Shown here: piece by piece, positions 26,989-34,703 of the stretch
Position numbering within the stretch: position 1 is the stretch's first letter
How the letters are laid out: every line of letters begins with the position of its first letter
Program-made: the position numbers and the translations under genes
Source: Magnetococcales bacterium
Lineage (GTDB): Bacteria > Pseudomonadota > Magnetococcia > Magnetococcales > JADFWT01
Direction of reading: 5' to 3'
DNA: 64,000 nt
Assembly: GCA_015233785.1 (NCBI GenBank)
Contig: JADFWT010000001.1
Span: 27,752-91,751 of the forward strand
The notes under the pieces: generated by a model
What the model was told of the DNA's origin: nothing
The model's input: the letters and a program-made list of their open reading frames with translations, nothing else
Databases searched by the model: none

Positions 26989-28469
26989 ACGTCGTCCCCA
27001 AATATTCTATGCCGTTTGGTATTCTGACGCTCATACTGCTGGATATCAATACGCTTGGACATGTAATCCTGCCACACTTCACGACGACGACGTGCAATGT
27101 AACCCCTCTCCACGCCCTCCAAACGAATATTCTCCTTGGACCAGCGAATATCAAATCCGTCAAAATCGTCGTGAAACAGCTTCTCCTCCAGACATTGACG
27201 GTAGAGCGCCGTTCCAGGCAGAGGGTTGACAATGGAGAATGAGAGACGATCAAACCCATACTGGGTCGCCCGCTGAAAAGTGTGATCTATCTGCTCTTTG
27301 GTCTCACCAGGAAAACCCACCATAAAGACCCCCTCGGTAATCAATCCTGCCTTCTGGCACTTTTCCACAATCTTCTCAATACGATCCAAATTGACCCGCT
27401 TGGCCACCATGCGGTCCTGCACTTCCGCATTGGCACTCTCTACGGCAAGAAAAATCTTATTGAATCCCGCCTCCGCCATCAGTTCGATCATCTCATCGTC
27501 AAATGCGTTGACCTCCCCGCCACTGGGTACCTGGTAACGGAGGTCAGGCGTCTCCCGAATCACCCGCCGGAGCAACGTTTTGACCCGTTTGCGATGGATA
27601 AAAAAATTGTCGTCCCAAAAATGGATCTCGTCGGGATTGTAACGCGCCCGATTGTGGTGAATCTCGGCCATCACGTCGTCGATTTCACGCAGCCGATAGT
27701 GTCGCCGACTGGTCATGGGAGCCGTGCAGAAACCGCAGTTATGGGGACAGCCGCGAGAGGTGAGCATAATCATGAAGCGCTTCTCTCCTTCATGCACCTC
27801 ATAGTCGGCCAACCCGGCCTGCCAATACCGCTGAAGATCGACCTTGTCCCAGGCAGGCCAGGGTAGATCCTCCACCAAAGGGGGCTGGTAGTCCTCCACC
27901 TGATGAAAGCCTGCTGTGGTTTTGTAGATAAGCTGTCCGACCCTATCCAGAGGATGCCCGCCGTTGATCGCCCTGATCAGCCTTGGAAGCGCCAAATCAG
28001 ACTCGCCAAAGAGCAGATAGTCCACATGGGGATCAAGCACCATCTCCGGCATTCCAGAGGGGTGCTGCCCCCCCATCACCAGATGGGCTTCCGGGCATGT
28101 CTGTTTGGCCATCTTTGCCAATTTCAACACATCCTGAGCCCTGTTTGAAAAGGGACAACTGATCCCTATCATGTCAGGCTTATAGGCTTCCAGTTTGCGG
28201 CGGATGGCCGCATCGTCCAGGCCATAATAGATGGTACGACCCACCACACGCTCCTGCTGATACCCCTCAATCAAGGCATCAAGAATCTCCACCTGCACAT
28301 CAAGCAACTGAAGCTGCGCAGCCAGATAGGCTAATCCAAGAGGTGGAACAGCCAGCTTACGCTCCCTGGAACCCTCTTTGGTGAGGGTGATCTTGCCCGC
28401 TGGAGCGATAAGAAGCACCCGGCGGATCGGAGAACGTAAAGTAGGATAGAGTGCATGTGGAGTAGTCAT
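26985..28469 (-). CDS. B12-binding-domain radical SAM enzyme (class B radical SAM)
   Basis: 494-aa ORF. The N-terminus is a Rossmann-like B12-binding region (RVLLIAP...DMIGISCPFSN...HLVMGGQHPS). The radical SAM cluster motif is SRGCPHNCGFCTAP (CX3CX2C). Its stop overlaps the convergent paralog 6 stop by 4 nt. Confidence 0.85.
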   Translation of the reverse strand: MTTPHALYPTLRSPIRRVLLIAPAGKITLTKEGSRERKLAVPPLGLAYLAAQLQLLDVQVEILDALIEGYQQERVVGRTIYYGLDDAAIRRKLEAYKPDMIGISCPFSNRAQDVLKLAKMAKQTCPEAHLVMGGQHPSGMPEMVLDPHVDYLLFGESDLALPRLIRAINGGHPLDRVGQLIYKTTAGFHQVEDYQPPLVEDLPWPAWDKVDLQRYWQAGLADYEVHEGEKRFMIMLTSRGCPHNCGFCTAPMTSRRHYRLREIDDVMAEIHHNRARYNPDEIHFWDDNFFIHRKRVKTLLRRVIRETPDLRYQVPSGGEVNAFDDEMIELMAEAGFNKIFLAVESANAEVQDRMVAKRVNLDRIEKIVEKCQKAGLITEGVFMVGFPGETKEQIDHTFQRATQYGFDRLSFSIVNPLPGTALYRQCLEEKLFHDDFDGFDIRWSKENIRLEGVERGYIARRRREVWQDYMSKRIDIQQYERQNTKRHRIFGDDV

Positions 28470-28759
28470 AACGGGGTGGGACTATAGCATGGGCGGTGCC
28501 TACCATTCCATGCACGCCTTGCCAATTGACCCCACCGTACATTATGTGCCGTAAAAAGACGATAATGGTTCATCTTGATACAGAGTATTAATATGGTATC
28601 ATGATGCGGGTGCTTTTTAAGTTACATAGTGGTTCTGGGGGCTCTATCGAACAACCCCATGCTACACCATTTTTCGCATCGTAGTATTTATGAAATATCA
28701 AATTTTGACCACTCTCTATAAAGGATAAAACGTCCACACAGGGGGTCTGGAGAGCAGGT

Positions 28760-30388
28760 ATGCCAAATTTTGGCCCTATTACATCAAAAACCATTTTTGA
28801 ACATCTATGCGCCTTTCTGGATGGCCTTCCCACGCCATCCACCCTGCTTCTCAATTTTACAGATAAGCGGCGCGGCGGTCTTCTCCATCGTCGGCTATTC
28901 AATGGTAGTACGGCCCGCATTGAGTTCTCTCTGACCATCCTTACCGCCATTTTTGCACTTTCCTTTGGGATCATCCTCTACCTTCAGGGGATTAAAATTG
29001 AACAACTCAGCGCCATGCTATTTTCCCGTGGTCTTGAGAATCTTGGACAAGAGGCGCTGGCAAGAGCCAATTTTTTGAATCATGCCGCCTGGGTGCTGTT
29101 CTTATCGATCCCTGGCATTGGATTTATCGGCGGATTGAAGCGCAAATTGTTTACGTTGCGCCTTATGTATATTGTTGACGTGATGAAAAAGATCACCGAT
29201 GGCGATCACACGCAACGCATCCACATCAGCCCCGGCAATCAAAGCATTCTCTATACCCATATCGGTCGGATGATCAACACCCTGACCGACACCCTCAACA
29301 AAGAGGAAGCTGGACGGGAACAGGCCAATGCCAAACTGCTGAAATCCCTGGACCAAGAGCGGGCCACTACCCAACGCCTGGACAAGGCCAACCGCGTCAT
29401 TCGTCACACCTTCGGGCGCTATATGTCTCCAGATGTCATGGAGGCTATTCTGGATCGACCCGACGGCCTGAAGCTGGGCGGGAAAAAAATGACCGTTACC
29501 GTCATGATGACCGATCTGCGTGGCTTCACCTCCATCAGTGACCGCATGGATTCGGAACAACTGCTTTCCATGCTCAACATGTACCTGGAGGTGATGACCA
29601 AAATCATCCTGGACCATAAGGGCACGATCATCGAATTTCTGGGGGATGGCATTCTCATGCTGTTTGGGGCGCCTTTCAATCGCCCAGACGACCCCCAACG
29701 CGCCGTGCGTTGCGCGCTGAAAATGCAAAAATCCATGGAACAGGTCAACCGCAGAAACCGCAAACACGGCTTTCCCGAATTGGCCATGGGGGTGGGCATC
29801 ACTACTGGAGATGTGGTGGCCGGTAATATTGGTTCCAATATACGCAGCAAATATGGCGTGGTGGGTACAAGTATCAATTTGGCAGCCCGGATTGAGTCCC
29901 TCACGGTAGGAGGACAGATCCTGATCTCAATGAATACCTACCTCGCATGTGAAAATCTACTCCGCATTGGCCAGCAGTTCGACACCACCCCAAAGGGATT
30001 TAAAAAACCCATCGCCATCTATGAGGTGACCGGAATCGGCGGCACGTATGATCTCTATCTGGATGTCACAAAAAACGAGCATCTCGCCCCCGTTTCCCCA
30101 GCCAAGATGGTCAGGTTCAGCCTATTGAGGAACAAATACCCTGACGCCATCTGCCATGATGGCTGGCTCACCAGCCTGACCCTGCCCAATGCCGAAATCC
30201 GCACCATCACCATGCTGGATGAGCGCAGTGATATTCAGATACAGCTTTTTGACAATCGCGGGGTCTTTGTCAGCGATCAACTCTACGGAAAAGTCACAGC
30301 GGTGGATAGAAAGAAGAAGATCCTTGAGGTCACCTTCACCTCGGTTCACCCCGATGCACGCGCCTATATAGAGAGTGATCGTTTTTGA
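28760..30388 (+). CDS. Membrane-anchored HAMP-like class III nucleotidyl cyclase (cyclase 2)
   Basis: 542-aa ORF with GGAGAG 5 nt upstream of the ATG. There are two hydrophobic helices (FSLTILTAIFALSFGIILYL, AAWVLFLSIPGIGFIGGL) and a HAMP-like linker. The catalytic domain reads VTVMMTDLRGFT...IIEFLGDGILMLFGAP...KYGVVGTSINLAARIES. Confidence 0.85.
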   Translation: MPNFGPITSKTIFEHLCAFLDGLPTPSTLLLNFTDKRRGGLLHRRLFNGSTARIEFSLTILTAIFALSFGIILYLQGIKIEQLSAMLFSRGLENLGQEALARANFLNHAAWVLFLSIPGIGFIGGLKRKLFTLRLMYIVDVMKKITDGDHTQRIHISPGNQSILYTHIGRMINTLTDTLNKEEAGREQANAKLLKSLDQERATTQRLDKANRVIRHTFGRYMSPDVMEAILDRPDGLKLGGKKMTVTVMMTDLRGFTSISDRMDSEQLLSMLNMYLEVMTKIILDHKGTIIEFLGDGILMLFGAPFNRPDDPQRAVRCALKMQKSMEQVNRRNRKHGFPELAMGVGITTGDVVAGNIGSNIRSKYGVVGTSINLAARIESLTVGGQILISMNTYLACENLLRIGQQFDTTPKGFKKPIAIYEVTGIGGTYDLYLDVTKNEHLAPVSPAKMVRFSLLRNKYPDAICHDGWLTSLTLPNAEIRTITMLDERSDIQIQLFDNRGVFVSDQLYGKVTAVDRKKKILEVTFTSVHPDARAYIESDRF

Positions 30389-30452
30389 CCTTCCAGCAAC
30401 AGTATTCGTAGGTCCGGCACGTGATTTACACCCCCCACCGTAAGGAAGTACC

Positions 30453-32444
30453 GTGGATCCATCGCAACCGATGAGCCTAGCCGATGCCCTACAGTCAGGC
30501 ATCTCCCACCATCAAGCCGGTGATCTCCAACAGGCCGAATCCATCTACCGACAGATACTGGCTGCCGATCCCAATCAAGCCGATGCTTTGAACCTGCTTG
30601 GATTAATCGCCTTACAGGTGGAAGCCTTTGATCAGGCCATTCCTCTCATTGAAAGGGCCATTGAACTCCAACCCAATGAGGCCGAAGCCCACGGCAATCT
30701 CGGCAACGCCTACCGAGAGACCGGTCAATTGAACAAGGCCGTCGCCAGATATCAGAGGGCGCTGAAACTGAAGCCCGATTTTTCCGATGGTTACAATAAC
30801 TATGGCCTGGCCCTCCAGAAGATGGACCAACAGACCCAGGCCGAGGCGCAATTTCGCCGCGCCATCGCCCTGAACCCGAACAACCCAAAACTCCACAACA
30901 ATCTCGGCGTTACCTTGGCCGCCCAGAACCGTAACAATGAGGCGCAACAGAGCTACCGGGAAACCCTGCGCCTGGACCCTCAATTCGTCGGGACCTATAA
31001 CAATCTGTGCCTGCTTCTCCAGGATGCCGGCGAGCTGGATGAGGCGCTAAAGTGTGGCCGCAAGGCGATTGATCTTGCCCCGGAATACGCTGATGCCTAC
31101 GACAATGTGGGCAATGTACTCCGCAACCTTGGGCAACTCGACGAGGCGTTACAGAGCTATCGCAAGGGCCTGAAGATCGCCCCCAACCTAAACATCGCCC
31201 GCCACCTGATCAACACCATGCTCTATCATCCGGCCACCCGCCCGGAAGCACTCTTTCAGAACTGCCAATCTCAGATTCGCGCCGCTTTGCCGCCGCAAAT
31301 AAAACCATTGACCCATGACGCCAAAACGCTCTCCAACCACCAGACCGGCCCTCTACGTATCGGCTACCTCTCGGCGGATTTTCGCAATCATCCGGTGGGA
31401 CACAATGTGCTGCCACTCATCCGCCATCACGACCCCAACGCGGTAGAGCTTTTTCTATATGCAGAACCTACCTGGCGGGATGATGTGACCAAGCAGTTCG
31501 AGAAAGCTGCCCATCACTGGCGACCGACCCACGGACTGAACGATGCCCAACTGGCGGACATGATCCGCGCAGACGGCATCCAGGTCATGATCTATCTGGC
31601 CACGGGATTTGACCAGAACCGACCCGGTATCGCCGCCTATCGACCGGCTCCGGTACAGGTGAGTTTTCACAGCGGTGTCACCAGCGGTCTGCAAGAGATG
31701 GATTACTGGCTGACCGACGAGGTACTCCACCCCAAGGAGGCGACTCGGGAGCTGTTCACCGAGCAGCTCTTCCGGCTACCTATCTTCTACAACTATCCCA
31801 TCCCGGATCAGGCACCCCCAGTCGGACCGTTGCCGGCGGATCGGAACGGTCACATCACCTTTGCCTCCTTTAACGCAACCACCAAGCTCAACCCGGAGGT
31901 GATCGCCTGCTGGTCCAAAATTCTAACGGCACTACCCGATGCCCGGCTGATACTCAAGCACCACAACAAACTGGGCAACCCCTCGCTACGCAAACTGATT
32001 CTGACACGCTTTAAGAGCCATGGGATTGATTCAGAGAGCGTGCAACTAATCAGTGCCCATGAACCACTTCAGGATCATTTAGCACGTTACCACGAAGCCG
32101 ATATCGCCCTGGATCCATTCCCCTTCACCGGAGCCACCACAACCTTTCAGGCCCTCTGGATGGGGGTGCCGGTGATCACTCTGCTGGGGGAACGTTTTGT
32201 GGGTCGCATGGCCGGAGATATTATCTGCCACGCAGGCCTAAAGACGCCCCTGACCACTGACAATCAGGAAGGGTATGTTGAAAGGGCGCTTACACTGGCC
32301 GGAAAACGGGAAGAGCTACGGGAAATGCGTGCGACCATGCGACAACGCCTTATGGATTCGCCTCTATGCGATGGCCCCGGATATGCCCGGAACCTTGAAG
32401 CGGCCTATCGCACCATGTGGCAAGCTGCGGCGAAGCCCGAATAA
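30453..32444 (+). CDS. TPR-GT41 (OGT-like) glycosyltransferase, paralog 7
   Basis: 663-aa ORF with a GTG start preceded by AAGGAAG. Motifs: RIGYLSADFRNHPVGHNVLPL and DIALDPFPFTGATTTFQALWMGVPVITLLG. Confidence 0.85.
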   Translation: MDPSQPMSLADALQSGISHHQAGDLQQAESIYRQILAADPNQADALNLLGLIALQVEAFDQAIPLIERAIELQPNEAEAHGNLGNAYRETGQLNKAVARYQRALKLKPDFSDGYNNYGLALQKMDQQTQAEAQFRRAIALNPNNPKLHNNLGVTLAAQNRNNEAQQSYRETLRLDPQFVGTYNNLCLLLQDAGELDEALKCGRKAIDLAPEYADAYDNVGNVLRNLGQLDEALQSYRKGLKIAPNLNIARHLINTMLYHPATRPEALFQNCQSQIRAALPPQIKPLTHDAKTLSNHQTGPLRIGYLSADFRNHPVGHNVLPLIRHHDPNAVELFLYAEPTWRDDVTKQFEKAAHHWRPTHGLNDAQLADMIRADGIQVMIYLATGFDQNRPGIAAYRPAPVQVSFHSGVTSGLQEMDYWLTDEVLHPKEATRELFTEQLFRLPIFYNYPIPDQAPPVGPLPADRNGHITFASFNATTKLNPEVIACWSKILTALPDARLILKHHNKLGNPSLRKLILTRFKSHGIDSESVQLISAHEPLQDHLARYHEADIALDPFPFTGATTTFQALWMGVPVITLLGERFVGRMAGDIICHAGLKTPLTTDNQEGYVERALTLAGKREELREMRATMRQRLMDSPLCDGPGYARNLEAAYRTMWQAAAKPE

Positions 32445-32528
32445 CCCGCTCACCCAGGATGACTGAACGGCTCTCCATTCAGAGAAGATAAAGAGCACGT
32501 TCAAATCATCCAAGGGGAGCCGAGTGGC

Positions 32529-33158
32529 TTACTTCATAAAGAAGGAGGCCGCCTTCCAGAGCGAAAGCACAGCCAGAATAAGAAAGAAGATACCGCTGAC
32601 TCTGTGCAAGGTCTCTTCAGGAATCTTACTGAGGAGCTTGCTACCCGCCACAATGCCCAGTGCCGAGATGAAGATCAAGGCTACTGTACCACCAATCCAA
32701 ACAGAAACGGGGTCATAGCTACCAGAGAGTGCCGCAACGGCAATCTGGGTCTTGTCGCCAAACTCCGCCACAAAGATCAGAATGAAAGTGGTGATCAGAA
32801 CACTACGACCACTCTTCTCGGTGATCTCTTCGTCATCTTCCTCTTCATCATCGCCCCGCAACATCTGAATGCCGAACACGCCAAACAGAAGACCAACAGC
32901 AAGCGCCACCACCCACTCCGGCACCCAGGCCGCCACCGAAGCTCCAAAAGCCACAGCCAGGACATTGAGGATGATAAACGCCAGTGAAACCCCCGCCAGC
33001 ACAGGTAAACCGCGATGACGGGCCGCCAGTGTCATACAGACCAACTGGCTCTTGTCGCCAATCTCAGCCAAAGAGATCAACGCGAAGGTGGTCCCAATCA
33101 CAGAAACATTGGAGAGACCGCTTTGTGTACCAGAGAGAAAAAGATCAAGATCCATCAT
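32529..33158 (-). CDS. UPF0016 (TMEM165/GDT1-family) putative Mn2+/Ca2+ transporter
   Basis: There are two E-x-G-D-K-(S/T) motifs (LAEIGDKSQL, VAEFGDKTQIA) in a polytopic hydrophobic protein. The ORF is open to 33239. I prefer ATGATG at 33158 (MMDLDLF), because the upstream part overlaps the riboswitch expression platform and AAAGG lies just upstream. Confidence 0.85.
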   Translation of the reverse strand: MMDLDLFLSGTQSGLSNVSVIGTTFALISLAEIGDKSQLVCMTLAARHRGLPVLAGVSLAFIILNVLAVAFGASVAAWVPEWVVALAVGLLFGVFGIQMLRGDDEEEDDEEITEKSGRSVLITTFILIFVAEFGDKTQIAVAALSGSYDPVSVWIGGTVALIFISALGIVAGSKLLSKIPEETLHRVSGIFFLILAVLSLWKAASFFMK

Positions 33159-33240
33159 GAAACCTTTACAGAGGGCCGGGCTTAACAAACACGATAGGCG
33201 TAACCGCACGCCCAGCCCTCTTCGCTGAGACGCGATCACG

Positions 33241-33354
33241 CCTAAAGTCTTGCCAAGCCGTTCTTATTAAGAACGACCGCGCATGCCATGGTGGATTCAC
33301 CAAGTATGTTGACATGCGCCCACTGTAACGGTGAGGAGGCTACTCCCCTTAGGC
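33241..33354 (-). promoter_or_regulatory. yybP-ykoY family Mn2+ riboswitch
   Basis: The minus-strand RNA reads CCUAAGGGGAGUAGCCUCCUCACCG...GCGCAUGUCAACAUAC...hairpins...CGGCUUGGCAAGACUUUAGG. It contains the hallmark GGGGAGUAGC, UCAACAUAC and UUGGCAAGAC blocks. P1 pairing is between CCUAAG and CUUUAGG. It lies upstream of a UPF0016 transporter, a known gene context for this riboswitch class. Confidence 0.8.
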
Positions 33355-33361
33355 AAGAGAC

Positions 33362-33390
33362 AGGCTAAACCAGCTCAGCGGCGCTGTCAA
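33362..33390 (-). promoter_or_regulatory. Candidate sigma70 promoter driving the Mn2+ riboswitch/UPF0016 transcript
   Basis: On the minus strand: TTGACA (33390-33385), a 17-nt spacer, TAGCCT (33367-33362), then about 7 nt to the start of the riboswitch P1 helix. Confidence 0.5.
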
Positions 33391-33574
33391 CGACTATAAA
33401 TGATTCTCACTGAATATTCTGCACTGCCTGCCGGCATACCTTTCCTCACACACTCTGTTGACATACCCCCGATGTTGACGTGGTGACCCCTTAATCTGCT
33501 GATGGTTTACCCTATACATCCTCTATTTTCAGCACGTTTATGACATTTTGTCGATATTATTCAGCAACAATCCA

Positions 33575-34246
33575 TCACACTCTCTTCCCCACCCAGACCA
33601 CACGGCCAATAATCTCAGCCTTATCAATGCTATGCTCATCCAAAATAACATTCTCGATATTTCGATTGTCACTCTTGATCAGCATTCTGCCGCCGGGGAC
33701 TATCTGTAGACGTTTGACATAGAGCTTCATATCTAGCCGCATGACATATATTCGCCCATCAATAACCTCTTTTTCCCTTTGATTTACCAGCAAAACATCG
33801 CCATCCGTCAAAGTTGGCTCCATGGTGTCGCCTTCCACACGCACCAAAGAGAGACGCCCCAGAGGAAACCCTTCCTTCATCAGCCATTCACGTCGAAACG
33901 CCAAACAGCGCGCACTACGCTCTTCATAAACCTCCCCACCCAGCCCCGCAGAGGCTACCGGCGAATAGTAGGGAATGACCATGAACTCCTCGGAAATACG
34001 CGTACCATCGGGATCACTTACCACCGCTTCATGCGTATGACGCGGCTCTTCTCCGGTCAACAACCACTCCGGCCTAACCGCTAACGCTTTGGCCAGAATA
34101 AGAATATCGGCCAACTTTGGCGACCGCACACCGCGCTCATAATTCGACAATCTTCCCTGTGAACGCCATCCACACCGAGCTTCCACTACACCTTGTCGAA
34201 GACCCAATGACTTACGCGCTCGCTTCAGACGATCATGAAACCCCAT
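33575..34246 (-). CDS. HTH (XRE-type) + S24 peptidase repressor (LexA/CI-like)
   Basis: The N-terminal HTH reads LKRARKSLGLRQGVVEARCGWRSQGRLSNYERGVRSP. The C-terminal S24 domain reads VRVEGDTMEPTLTDGDVLLV...YVKRL. The ORF is open to 34261; I prefer ATG 34246 (MGFHDRL). Confidence 0.8.
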   Translation of the reverse strand: MGFHDRLKRARKSLGLRQGVVEARCGWRSQGRLSNYERGVRSPKLADILILAKALAVRPEWLLTGEEPRHTHEAVVSDPDGTRISEEFMVIPYYSPVASAGLGGEVYEERSARCLAFRREWLMKEGFPLGRLSLVRVEGDTMEPTLTDGDVLLVNQREKEVIDGRIYVMRLDMKLYVKRLQIVPGGRMLIKSDNRNIENVILDEHSIDKAEIIGRVVWVGKRV

Positions 34247-34703
34247 ACGCACCCCCCACACAATACATTACTCGCCATATCGTCTATTAATACGACAATA
34301 TGATTAATGACACAATCATCAAACGGATGCATACCTGCCTAGATATACAAATTCCTGCCTTTTTTCGCTTCTGAATAGGGTTTTTAGAATACCTACTATA
34401 GCCAAGATCGGGTATTCTTATGCGAGGTCTCGACTATGGATACTCAAGATTTGAGCGCATGTCAGCCTCCCATTAGGTGAATTGGGGTAGTGCTTCAGAA
34501 TTTTAGCATATATAGATTATCAAAATTTTAACTATAGAGGATTTTCAATAATTTACGGGATTTTCAGACATATGTGATACGCCTATTACGTACCCACTCT
34601 ATACAGCTAAACTGGAGGACCTTCGCGATCATCACCATGACGGTCTCCATCAAATGCAACCAGTTGCTGCACCGCTTTCTTTGGGAACGATTGGCAGCGC
34701 CCG

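Noticed and set aside
28588-28974. 128-aa minus-strand ORF spanning the radical SAM / cyclase 2 intergenic region, considered as a possible radical SAM precursor peptide.
   Set aside because: Most of it is antisense to the well-supported 5' end of cyclase 2, which has a good RBS at 28760. The sequence is Arg-rich with no leader/core organisation, and there is no internal start within the intergenic part.
30059-30388. Calling the shared cyclase C-terminal module a canonical c-di-GMP-binding PilZ domain.
   Set aside because: The RxxxR and D/NxSxxG motifs required for c-di-GMP binding are not conserved across the three copies. Only a general beta-strand pattern resembles PilZ, so I report it as an uncharacterised domain.
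33575-34703. Possible prophage or mobile-element remnant, suggested by the CI/LexA-like repressor and adjacent AT-rich 440 bp.
   Set aside because: No integrase, transposase, phage structural genes, tRNA target or flanking direct repeats were recognisable. A lone S24 repressor is not enough to call a mobile element.
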